Source of the DNA: Candidatus Methylomirabilia bacterium
GTDB taxonomy: Bacteria; Methylomirabilota; Methylomirabilia; Rokubacteriales; CSP1-6
Assembly: GCA_046758965.1 (NCBI GenBank)
Contig: JBHIBG010000001.1
Location: 64,001-128,000, forward strand
Length of the DNA: 64,000 bases
Direction of reading: 5' to 3'
Below, piece by piece: positions 1 through 8,826 of this stretch. The notes below the pieces were generated by a model. That model was not told the DNA's origin. It saw only the letters and a program-made list of their open reading frames with translations, and made no database searches. The position numbers and the translations under genes are program-made. The number at the start of each line of letters is the position of its first letter. Positions within the stretch are counted from its first letter, which is position 1.

Positions 1-29
1 GAAGGAGGTGTCAAGGGGGCGCATCAACT

Positions 30-207
30 CCAACATTTCGGTGACGGAAGGCGAGGGCGTAAATCAACAGTCGCGGTTCCCGATCTAAGCGACGAGGAGG
101 GCCCCGTGACGCGAGCCGGCCTTCGGAAGTGTGCCGCCATCCAATGGGAGCGGTATGAGCGAGCCACCCGGGCCGAGAAACATCGCCTGCTCGATGAGGT
201 GGTCTAG
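30..207 (+). mobile_element. Probable IS/integrase-core transposase relic: terminal-repeat-like sequence plus truncated 33-aa N-terminus
   Basis: GAGGAGG RBS (94-100), then GTG at 106 giving MTRAGLRKCAAIQWERYERATRAEKHRLLDEVV-stop. This resembles the RYxxAxRxEKxxxLDE N-terminus of integrase-core transposases. CAACATTTCGGTGACGGAA upstream resembles their ends. Confidence 0.45.
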
Positions 208-323
208 CTCCTTCCTTGGGCGGCATCGGACGGCGCTTGCCGTGGCAGCGCCTGGCAGCTATCCTTGGCACTGAGATCAGACGCGCGGCTTCCGAACGCA
301 GGCCGGCGGGGAGGTTCTTGGCG

Positions 324-1388
324 ATGGTTCGATATGTTGAGTTCACGCTGGCCGCCATACAGGCGGCTCCCGTCTTCTTCGATCGAGAGGCGTCCACGGA
401 GAAGGCCTGCCAGCTCATCGAGGAAGCCGCGCGACACGGCGCGACGCTCGCGGCCTTTGGCGAGACATGGCTCCCTGGCTACCCCTTCTTCGCCTTCTCG
501 CCCCCGGGCCCGCTCTGGTGGCGGGCCGCGGCGGAGTACCTCGCCACCGCGGTTGAGATCCCGAGCCCGACCACGGACCGGCTCTGCGCCGCCGCGCGCC
601 GGGCCGGGATCGATGTGGTGATCGGCGTGGTGGAGCTTGACCCTCGCACCCGTGGCACCGTCTACTGCACCCTGCTCTTCATCAGCCGTGAGGGGGCAAT
701 CCTCGGGCGCCACCGCAAGCTCAAGCCCACTCACGCCGAACGCGCCATCTGGGGCGAGGGCGACGCGCTCGGGCTCAAGATCTACGAGCGCCCCTACGGG
801 CGGATCAGCGGGCTGTGCTGCTGGGAGCACAACATGGTCCTTCCCGGCTATGCGCTGATGGCCCAGGGAACCCAGATCCACGTGGCGGCATGGCCTGGCC
901 GCGAGCCCTCCCAGGCGCCGGCGGCGCCTGTCTCCCTCTGGCCGCGGCAGCTTCTCCTGTCGCGAACCTTCGCCTCCCAAGCCGCGTGCTACGTGGTGCT
1001 CGCGGCGGGCGTGCGCCTCCCTGACGATACGCCCGAGCGCTACCGAGAACTCGCGACGTTCTATCACACCGGCGACAGCTATATCATCGATCCGCGGGGG
1101 GAAATCATGGCGGGCCCCGCCCAGGGCGAGACCATTCTCACCGCCCGCGGCTCGCTCGAGGCGGTGCTGGCGGCGAAGGCCGGCTGCGACGTGGGCGGGC
1201 ACTATTCCCGTCCCGACATCTTCCAGCTCCATGTTAGCGGTCGCCCGCTCGAGCGTGTCGTTGGCCTGGGCCCCCAGGACTCGGGTGCCCCTTCGGCCAC
1301 GGGAAGCTTGATCGTTGCGTCGGACGGCAGACCCGTTGTCCCTGAAGTGGAGCCCGCGCAAGGCGGGCAGGGCACCTCCGGCTCGTAA
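324..1388 (+). CDS. Nitrilase (carbon-nitrogen hydrolase family)
   Basis: E-K-C triad motifs FGETWLPGYP, RHRKLKPT, GLCCWEH; C-terminal DVGGHYSRPDIF; ATG at 324 after GGGGAGG. Confidence 0.9.
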   Translation: MVRYVEFTLAAIQAAPVFFDREASTEKACQLIEEAARHGATLAAFGETWLPGYPFFAFSPPGPLWWRAAAEYLATAVEIPSPTTDRLCAAARRAGIDVVIGVVELDPRTRGTVYCTLLFISREGAILGRHRKLKPTHAERAIWGEGDALGLKIYERPYGRISGLCCWEHNMVLPGYALMAQGTQIHVAAWPGREPSQAPAAPVSLWPRQLLLSRTFASQAACYVVLAAGVRLPDDTPERYRELATFYHTGDSYIIDPRGEIMAGPAQGETILTARGSLEAVLAAKAGCDVGGHYSRPDIFQLHVSGRPLERVVGLGPQDSGAPSATGSLIVASDGRPVVPEVEPAQGGQGTSGS

Positions 1389-1679
1389 CAAACTCTCCGA
1401 GTCCGCGCTACCGGCAGGAATGCGGGCAGCTCCACCCGCGAGTCCGCGGCGTCGTCTCGCCGTTGCCGGAACGTTTCTTTTTGAAGCCGAACATATTGGA
1501 ACACCACCGCGGGGGATCGAGAACCTGCCTTCTGGACAGAAGCTAAGGCCCTTGCAGATCAGGGAGCTAGCCCGGCGACTTGCATAATTGTCACGTCTGT
1601 GGACTACGTTTGACAGTTCTCCGGGCTTGCGCTGACGGCCCAATCTCTCAACCAGCTGTCCTCATTGTGTTTTTCCCGA

Positions 1680-1695
1680 TGGCACCATGTTTGCT
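1680..1695 (+). promoter_or_regulatory. Sigma-54 (-24/-12) promoter
   Basis: TGGCAC-CATGT-TTGCT with exact GG-N10-GC spacing, 27 nt upstream of ATG 1723. Confidence 0.7.
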
Positions 1696-1722
1696 GAGTC
1701 ACATGGCTATCGGAGACAGGGG

Positions 1723-2460
1723 ATGGGCGGAGAAGAGACGGAGGCAGGCGAAACTCAACAGCAAGCGATCGAGCGGCAGCCGACAGATCCCGGCAGCGAC
1801 GAAGCCGAATTGGTGGAGTCCCCTCTCCGTCGCATCTTTAAGAAGGGGTCATTCCGCGCCCTCGGAGGCGGGCTTGCCATCCTCGGGGTGGCGTTCGTTG
1901 CCCTGCCCTACCTAGTGGACTGGATGAGCTTCCCGGTGCCCCGAGGCCGAGCCTTGGAGAGTGCAGCATCGCTTCCATTGGAGCCGCCACCGGTTTCAGC
2001 AACTCCGCGGCCGCGTAAAGCTCCGCAGAAATCGGAGTCGGCGAATCCTCCTGCGGTGTCGCCTGCCAGGCGAATGGCGGAGCAACCCCGACCTCCAGCG
2101 CTTCCGCCTGCAACCACCAAAGCCGAGTCGCCTTCGGCTACTGCTGTGGTAACAGTCGCTGCCCAAGCGGAACGCCAGTCGCAAGGGTCCGGGATGCGGA
2201 AAGTGGCTGGTCCGGTGCTCTCCGAGGGGAAGTTCTGGGTCCAACTGGGCGCGTTCAAGAGCTCAAGAAATGCGACCCAACTAGCCGCCCAAATCCGTGC
2301 CGAACACTACCCAGTGGAGGTTCGCTGGGGAAAGTCGCCAGGGGCGCCTTACGTTGTGTGGGTCGGCAAGTACTCCAAGTGGGAGCGGGCCAAGCAGGTA
2401 CGGGCGGCCCTGCAAAGGAAGGGATTCCGCGGCTTCATATTAAGAGACGAGAGGGGCTGA
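1723..2460 (+). CDS. Membrane-anchored SPOR-domain protein
   Basis: TM helix, Pro/Ala-rich linker, C-terminal FWVQLGAFKSSRNA...YVVWVGKY...RA..L..KGF SPOR pattern; start chosen downstream of the sigma54 site. Confidence 0.8.
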   Translation: MGGEETEAGETQQQAIERQPTDPGSDEAELVESPLRRIFKKGSFRALGGGLAILGVAFVALPYLVDWMSFPVPRGRALESAASLPLEPPPVSATPRPRKAPQKSESANPPAVSPARRMAEQPRPPALPPATTKAESPSATAVVTVAAQAERQSQGSGMRKVAGPVLSEGKFWVQLGAFKSSRNATQLAAQIRAEHYPVEVRWGKSPGAPYVVWVGKYSKWERAKQVRAALQRKGFRGFILRDERG

Positions 2461-2583
2461 CTTCGCCGGGGCACGGTGCCGGCTCCCCTTTGCCATTCCC
2501 TAGCCCCACCCTGTAGGTCTAGCTTCGGTCACCATCTCGTGACAGGACCAACAGCGGCAGCACCAAAGGGTGTCAAGCGGTGC

Positions 2584-2613
2584 TTGACCCCTAGTCGGTC
2601 CTGGGGCTAGCCT
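2584..2613 (+). promoter_or_regulatory. Sigma-70-like promoter for the cyclase gene
   Basis: TTGACC-N18-TAGCCT; the -35 box lies within the inverted repeat GTCAAGC-ggt-GCTTGAC. Confidence 0.45.
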
Positions 2614-2661
2614 AGCAGCAGCGTTTCCCACCTTCGCGCCCCCGGTCAGTGGAGGCCCGGT

Positions 2662-5600
2662 ATGAACTGTCCCCGGTGCCAGGAGGAGAACCCCGCGCAG
2701 GCAAGATTCTGCATGACCTGTGGGGCCGGCCTTGCGCTGGCGTGCACCAAGTGCGGGACGGAGCTCCCGACTGGCGCGGCGTTCTGTTTCGCGTGCGGGC
2801 AACCCGCAACTGCCGCACCCACTGCTCGGCATTTCGCGTCTCCCGAGGGCTACACCCCGAAACACCTCGCCGAGAGGATCCTGACCTCCAGGAGCGGGCT
2901 GGAGGGCGAGCGCAAGCAGGTCACCGTGCTGTTCGCTGACCTGAAGGGATCCATGGAGCTGCTCGCCGACCGGGATCCGGAGGACGCGCGGAGGCTCCTC
3001 GACCCGGTGCTCGAGCGCATGATGGAGGCCGTCCACCGCTACGAGGGGACCGTGAACCAGGTCATGGGCGACGGGATCATGGCGCTCTTCGGGGCCCCCC
3101 TGGCCCATGAGGATCATGCCGTGCGGGCGTGCTATGCGGCGCTCAGGATGCAGGAGAGCGTAGCCAGGTACGGGGACGAAGTTCAGCGGTCACAGGGCGT
3201 GCCAGTGACGATCCGAGTGGGGCTCAACTCCGGCGAGGTCGTCGTCCGATCTATCGGCAGCGATCTCCACATGGACTACACGGCGGTGGGGCAGACGACC
3301 CACCTCGCAGGCCGGATGGAGCAGATGGCCAAGCCGGGCTCGATCCTCCTCACGGCAGATGCCCTGCGGTTGGCCGAAGGCTACGTCCAAGTGAAGCCAC
3401 TCGGTCCAGTGCCGGTCAAAGGGCTGGAGGCCCCGATCGACGTATACGAAATCATCGGGGTCGGCCCGGTGCGGCGGCGACTGGAGGCCGCCGTGGCTCG
3501 AGGGCTCACCCGCTTCGTCGGGCGCGACGCTGAACTCGACCAGCTCCGCAAGGCCCTGGAGCGGGCGGCTCAGGGCCACGGCCAGGTCGTCGGGGTCGTT
3601 GGAGAACCGGGCGTGGGCAAATCACGCCTGTTCTACGAATTCACGCATTCGCATCGAACGCACGGCTGGCTGGTCCTCGAAAGTGGCTCGGTCTCCTACG
3701 GCAAGGCCACCACCTATCTGCCGGTCATTGACGTCCTCAAGGCATACTTCCAGATCGAGACCCGCGATGATACCCGGAAGATCCATGAGAAGGTCACCGG
3801 GAAGCTTCTCACGCTGGATCGGGCCTTGGAGCCGATGCTGCCAGCCTTCCTCTCCCTCCTGGACGTGCCCGTCGAGGACCCTCGCTGGCAGGACCTCGAT
3901 CCCGCCCAACGCCGCCAGCGGACCCTGGATGCCGTCAAGCGCCTCCTGCTTCGGGAGAGCCAGGTCCAGCCGCTCTGCCTGGTCTTCGAGGACCTCCACT
4001 GGATTGATTCAGAGACCCAGGTGGTCCTAGACAGCCTGATCGAGAGCCTCCCGACCGCCCGTCTCCTGCTGCTGGTGAACTATCGCCCCGAGTACCAGCA
4101 CGGCTGGGGGAGCAAGACGTACTACACCCAGCTCCGCATTGACCCGCTGCCGCCAGAGAGCTGCGAGGAACTGCTTCAAGCCCTCCTCGGAGGCGATGCG
4201 AGTCTTCAGCCGTTCAGGCAGCTCCTGATCGAGCGCACCGAGGGGAACCCCTTCTTCCTGGAGGAGAGCGTCCGCACCCTGGTCGAGACCCAGGTCCTGG
4301 TCGGCGAGCGCGGGGCCTACCGCCTGGCGAGGCCCGTCCAGACGATTCAGGTGCCCGCCACGGTCCAAGCCGTCCTGGCGGCCCGGATCGACCGGCTGCC
4401 TCCCGAGGACAAGCGCCTCCTCCAGTCCGCCTCCGTCATCGGCGAGGATGTGCCCTTCGCCCTGCTCCAGGCCGTCGTGGAGATGCCAGAGGAGGAGCTG
4501 CGCCGCGCCCTGAGCCGCCTGCAGACGGTCGAGTTCCTCTACGAGACCAGCCTGTTCCCCGATCTCGAGTACACCTTCAAGCACGCGCTGACGTACCAGG
4601 TGGCGTACAACTCCCTCCTCCAGGAACGGAAAAAGGCGCTTCACGCGAAAGTTGTCGAGGCTATCGAGCGCCTCTATACAGACCGCCTGGCGGAGCACAC
4701 CGAGGCCCTTGCCCGCCATGCCCTCCGTGGCGAGGTTTGGGAGAAGGCCGTGGATTACCTCCGCGAGGCGGGGGTGAAGGCGAACGCCAGGGGCGCGCTC
4801 CAGGAGTCCCTTGACCGGCTCGAGCAGGCGCTGGACGTCGTCCCACGACTTCCGACAACCCCCGTGAACCTTCGGCGGGCCATTGACGTGCGCCTGGACT
4901 TCCACGCGCCGCTCTTCGTGCTCGGCCAGATTCCCCGGCTCGTTCAGCTCCACCAGGAAGCCGAACAGCTCGCCCGTCAGCTCGACGATCAGCCCCGCCT
5001 CGGACGTGTCTCCTGGCGGATGGGCGGGTACTTGTGGGTGAACGCCCAATACGCTCCCGGAATCGAGTACGCCCAGCAGGCCCTCCGCGTCGCGGAAGCC
5101 ATCCAGGACTCCGAGTTGCGGATCGTGGCCACCTATATCCTTGGGGTGATCCACTGGGGGCATGGGGAGTATCGCACGGCCAGTGACTTCCTGCTGCGCA
5201 TCGTGGAAGGCCCGGACGCTGACCTGGCAAAACGGCGTCTTGGCCTTGCGTTTGGTTCCCCAAACGTCACCGGCGCGGGCTACCTTGGCGGCTGTCTTGC
5301 GGCGGTCGGTGACTTCGAGCGGGCTCTCCGGTACGGCGACTACGGGGTTCAAGGTGCCGATGCTGCCGATGACCCTCGATCTCAGGCACACGCTTATACC
5401 TGGCGGGGATTCTCGCTCGGCTTGAAGGGCGAGTTTCGGCAGGCTCTACCCTGGCTCGAACGGGCGGTGCACCTGTGTGAGACGAGGGAGATACGTCTTT
5501 GGCTGCCCTGGGCCTATTCCACGTGGGGATGGGCCTTAGCCTGGTCGGGGCGAACTGCTGAGGGCCTCTCGTATCTGAAACGGGCCGTCACGGTTCGGGA

Positions 5601-6060
5601 GAGCACGGAAGCGAAGTTTGGTTTGCCCACGTTCTATTCTCGGTGGGCCGAGGGACTCCTACTCGCGGAAAACATCCGGGAGGCCAAGCGTACTGCCGAC
5701 AGGGCATTAGAGCTTGCTACGACCTTCGGCGAGCGGGGAATTGAGGCTGACACGCACCGTCTCCTGGGAGAAATTTCGGCGGCCGTGGACTCTCCAGACG
5801 TCGAATCCGCCCGCACTTACTACGACCGGGCTAAGGCGCTGGCCGACGACCTCGGCATGCGCCCCCTCCTCGCCCGCTGCCACCTCGGCCTCGGCAAGCT
5901 GTACCGCCGCACCGGGGATTGCCCGAAGGCTCAGGAGCACCTGAGCAGGGCCACCGCGCTCTTCCGCGAAATGGAGATGCGGTTCTGGCTGGAGCAGGCA
6001 GAGGCGGAGCTGAAGGCGGTGGCGTCTACAAGCACCAAGAAAGCGAGGAGGCGAACATGA
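2662..6060 (+). CDS. Double zinc ribbon + class III nucleotidyl cyclase + AAA/STAND ATPase + TPR protein
   Basis: Four CxxC pairs at N-terminus; TVLFADLKGS and MGDGIMALFG cyclase motifs; Walker A GEPGVGKS; EDLHWID; GNPFFLEE; helical repeats at C-terminus. Confidence 0.92.
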   Translation: MNCPRCQEENPAQARFCMTCGAGLALACTKCGTELPTGAAFCFACGQPATAAPTARHFASPEGYTPKHLAERILTSRSGLEGERKQVTVLFADLKGSMELLADRDPEDARRLLDPVLERMMEAVHRYEGTVNQVMGDGIMALFGAPLAHEDHAVRACYAALRMQESVARYGDEVQRSQGVPVTIRVGLNSGEVVVRSIGSDLHMDYTAVGQTTHLAGRMEQMAKPGSILLTADALRLAEGYVQVKPLGPVPVKGLEAPIDVYEIIGVGPVRRRLEAAVARGLTRFVGRDAELDQLRKALERAAQGHGQVVGVVGEPGVGKSRLFYEFTHSHRTHGWLVLESGSVSYGKATTYLPVIDVLKAYFQIETRDDTRKIHEKVTGKLLTLDRALEPMLPAFLSLLDVPVEDPRWQDLDPAQRRQRTLDAVKRLLLRESQVQPLCLVFEDLHWIDSETQVVLDSLIESLPTARLLLLVNYRPEYQHGWGSKTYYTQLRIDPLPPESCEELLQALLGGDASLQPFRQLLIERTEGNPFFLEESVRTLVETQVLVGERGAYRLARPVQTIQVPATVQAVLAARIDRLPPEDKRLLQSASVIGEDVPFALLQAVVEMPEEELRRALSRLQTVEFLYETSLFPDLEYTFKHALTYQVAYNSLLQERKKALHAKVVEAIERLYTDRLAEHTEALARHALRGEVWEKAVDYLREAGVKANARGALQESLDRLEQALDVVPRLPTTPVNLRRAIDVRLDFHAPLFVLGQIPRLVQLHQEAEQLARQLDDQPRLGRVSWRMGGYLWVNAQYAPGIEYAQQALRVAEAIQDSELRIVATYILGVIHWGHGEYRTASDFLLRIVEGPDADLAKRRLGLAFGSPNVTGAGYLGGCLAAVGDFERALRYGDYGVQGADAADDPRSQAHAYTWRGFSLGLKGEFRQALPWLERAVHLCETREIRLWLPWAYSTWGWALAWSGRTAEGLSYLKRAVTVRESTEAKFGLPTFYSRWAEGLLLAENIREAKRTADRALELATTFGERGIEADTHRLLGEISAAVDSPDVESARTYYDRAKALADDLGMRPLLARCHLGLGKLYRRTGDCPKAQEHLSRATALFREMEMRFWLEQAEAELKAVASTSTKKARRRT

Positions 6061-6118
6061 AGCTCCGAATAGCCACGCTCATCCTCACCCTGGCCTTGGG
6101 GGCTTAGAGGAGAAAAAC

Positions 6119-6655
6119 ATGGTAAGTCATTGGACGAGAGCTTGGAATCGGCTTCCATCGCTAAGGGTGATGGTTTGGCTTGTGACCGCATTACTGACGA
6201 GCGCCTGCGTGGTCGCGCCGTCCGGACCTCCGCCGCTCCGTGCCGAGATTCTGAAAGATGATTCGCGAGCGTTGCGGTATGGAGCAGACGCGGGAGACGT
6301 GCTCGGCCACCCGCAGGTGCGCGAAAAGGTCCAGGCGCTCTTCGGTCCGGACTGGAGCCCGGAAGGCAGGCGGGAGCTGTCCGCGGCCGCTCCGGAGTTC
6401 TTCTCGAAGTCGTTTCCGATTCGGCTGCTCCGGATCAGGGCACAGGACTACATTGGGGCGGCGGGATGCCTCCCGAAAGCGTGTCTGACCCATCGCGGTC
6501 TCCTTCTCATCCGCGTGGACGGTGAGGAGCTCCTCGCGCGGCTCGACGCAGGTGGCTTCAGTCACTACTACGGCTTCGGGCTGATGGTTCGGATGCCCCA
6601 GGATCGCGCGCTCGTCGATGCCGCCTGGCGCGCGTTGGACCTTGCATCGCGCTAA
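6119..6655 (+). CDS. Putative lipoprotein, Ivy-like (lysozyme/lytic transglycosylase inhibitor fold)
   Basis: GAGGAG RBS; lipobox LTSAC; CLPKAC loop in a beta-strand context like the Ivy CKPHDC loop. Confidence 0.55.
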   Translation: MVSHWTRAWNRLPSLRVMVWLVTALLTSACVVAPSGPPPLRAEILKDDSRALRYGADAGDVLGHPQVREKVQALFGPDWSPEGRRELSAAAPEFFSKSFPIRLLRIRAQDYIGAAGCLPKACLTHRGLLLIRVDGEELLARLDAGGFSHYYGFGLMVRMPQDRALVDAAWRALDLASR

Positions 6656-6776
6656 GCAGACCAGTAGTGGCTCCCGGACGTGACCCGGCGGATTTCAAAC
6701 CAGCCCGTAAGTAGACCTCTGCCCGAGTCGAGCCGAGACGGTTGGCCGAGATGTCCCCTAGTTCCGCGAAAGGGAA

Positions 6777-6853
6777 TGGTGCCCCCGGGGTGACTCGAAC
6801 ACCCGGCACGCAGTTTAGGAAACTGCTGCTCTATCCGTCTGAGCTACGGGGGC
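6777..6853 (-). tRNA. tRNA-Arg(CCT)
   Basis: 77-nt cloverleaf GCCCCCGTAGCTCAG...GCAGT-TTCCTAA-ACTGC...GTTCGAGT...GGGGGCACCA. Confidence 0.96.
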
Positions 6854-7014
6854 AGAAGGAATTGTGACGCGGCCGCCGTCTATTTTAGCACTTTGTGCTC
6901 GTCGTCTGCTGAACTCCTCCAGAGGGCCTGAAAGCCTGTGGCGGCTGTCAGGGGATCTGCGACACCTCGACTTGCCGTGAAACGGGTGGTAGAAGCTTCC
7001 AGCCGGGTAGTGGG

Positions 7015-7911
7015 ATGACGCGCGCCTTTGTCGTGGTGAACCCGGCGGCTGGTGGCGGCCGGACCAAGCGGCTCTGGCGTTCGATCGGGGATCGGCTCTT
7101 TCGCCTTGGGCTTGATTTTGAGTTCGCGGAGACTACGGGGCGCGGCATGGCGACGGACATGGCCCGGCAGGCCGCCACCGACCGGTGGCCGCTGGTGGTT
7201 GTGGTAGGGGGTGACGGGACCGTCAACGAGGTCATCAACGGGCTTCTTGATGCGAGCGGAAATCCCCTGGGCGCCCTGGGGGTGATCAGCACTGGGCGTG
7301 GGCGAGATGTCAGCCGAAACCTGGGCGTGTCACCCGATCGCGAGGTGGCGGCCCGCCGGATCGTTGAGGGAGAGGAGGTTCTGGTCGATCTTGGCGTGAC
7401 CGAATGGGACCGGGGGCAGCGCCGCTATTTCGTCAACGCCGCAGGCGCCGGCTTCGACGCCGTGGTGGCACAGCGCGCTCAGGCCAGAGGCGGCTCTGGC
7501 ACCATCCCCTACCTCCTGGCCGTGCTGGGAGCCCTCCGAAACCATCGTCCGGCCCTTGCCGGCGTCCTTCTGGACGAGCAGCCTGCATGGTCAGGACTGA
7601 TGACCGCGGTCGTGGTAGCCAACGGAGCCTATTACGGTGGGGGCATGAAGATCGCCCCGGACGCGGACCCGGCCGATGGCTGGCTGGACCTTGTTGTCCT
7701 CGGTGACCTTGGCCGGGTGGAGCTTCTCCGCTGGCTTCCGACAGTCTACCGTGGTACCCACCTGGCCAACCCGAATGTGACAGCCTTGCGCGGACGCACA
7801 GTCCTGATTACCTCGGCGACTCCACTGCCGGTGCACGCGGATGGCGAGGCGGTCGCAGAGACTCCTGTCCGGATCAGCGTCTGTCCCCAGGCGCTGAGGC
7901 TTCGCCGCTAG
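7015..7911 (+). CDS. Diacylglycerol/lipid kinase family (YegS/BmrU-like)
   Basis: VVNPAAGGG, GGDGTVNEVING, GAGFDA, NGAYYGGG, HADGE motifs. Confidence 0.9.
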   Translation: MTRAFVVVNPAAGGGRTKRLWRSIGDRLFRLGLDFEFAETTGRGMATDMARQAATDRWPLVVVVGGDGTVNEVINGLLDASGNPLGALGVISTGRGRDVSRNLGVSPDREVAARRIVEGEEVLVDLGVTEWDRGQRRYFVNAAGAGFDAVVAQRAQARGGSGTIPYLLAVLGALRNHRPALAGVLLDEQPAWSGLMTAVVVANGAYYGGGMKIAPDADPADGWLDLVVLGDLGRVELLRWLPTVYRGTHLANPNVTALRGRTVLITSATPLPVHADGEAVAETPVRISVCPQALRLRR

Positions 7912-7952
7912 CCCAGGCTGACCGGCCTCGGGCGGGGTGCGCGCGCTCCCGC

Positions 7953-8714
7953 TCACTGAGCGGTGAACCCGCCGTCCACAACCAGCTCGGCGCCCGTCAT
8001 GTAGGAGGACTCGTCCGAGGCGAGGAAGAGGGCGACGTAGGCGATCTCACGGGGGTGGGCGATCCACCCGAGAGGGATCCCGGCCTCGAACTCCTTCCGG
8101 AGCGCCTCGGTCAGGTACGGCGCCTGCATCGGCGTGTCGACAATCCCGGGGTGGATGATGTTCGAGCGGATCCTGTCCTTGGCGAACTGAATCGCCAGCG
8201 ACTTGTTGAGAGAGATGAGGGCGCCCTTCGCGGCGGTGTAGGCGTCCTGCGCGCGGGTGAAGCCTGCCAGGGCAGAGACGGACCCGACCAGGATGATGGA
8301 ACCCCCGCCCGCCTTCCGCAGGTGCGGGATCCCATACTTGGTTACCCAGAAGGCGGACTTCAGGTTGATCCCTATCACCCGATCCCACTGCGTCTCGTCG
8401 GTCTCCAGCACGGACCGGTCTCGGTCCTTCCACAGAACACCGGCGTTGTTATAGAGGACGTGAAGCGCCCTGAAGGCCCGGACCCCTTCATCCACCACTC
8501 GCTTGACGTCATCCTCCACCGCCATGTCGCCGCCGACGGCCACGGCCTCGCCCCCAGCAGCCTGCACCGCCTCCACGGTCTCCCGCACAGCATCGCGGTT
8601 GATGTCGGCCGCGACGATCCGAGCTCCGTGCTCGGCGAAGAGCAACGATGCCTCACGCCCCATCCCCATCCCTGCTCCCGTGATCAGCGCGACCTTCCCG
8701 GTCAGCCTCGACAT
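7953..8714 (-). CDS. Classical SDR oxidoreductase, probably NAD(H)-dependent
   Basis: TGAGMGMG, acidic AADIN, NNAG, YTAAK, VVDGG. Confidence 0.92.
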   Translation of the reverse strand: MSRLTGKVALITGAGMGMGREASLLFAEHGARIVAADINRDAVRETVEAVQAAGGEAVAVGGDMAVEDDVKRVVDEGVRAFRALHVLYNNAGVLWKDRDRSVLETDETQWDRVIGINLKSAFWVTKYGIPHLRKAGGGSIILVGSVSALAGFTRAQDAYTAAKGALISLNKSLAIQFAKDRIRSNIIHPGIVDTPMQAPYLTEALRKEFEAGIPLGWIAHPREIAYVALFLASDESSYMTGAELVVDGGFTAQ

Positions 8715-8826
8715 GGTTCTCTCACCCGGATCCTCAAGGCCAAGCAGATGGGACCGCGACCGCTAACAACCCGGCGCCCGACGGTGCGGGGCGCTCAGCC
8801 CCGATTGCCTGATTTGCGGGGGACCC

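Noticed and set aside
6667..6705. TGGCTCCCGGACGTGAC...GGATTTCAAACC resembling a tRNA-end att remnant
   Set aside because: Does not align with tRNA-Arg or form a T arm; too weak
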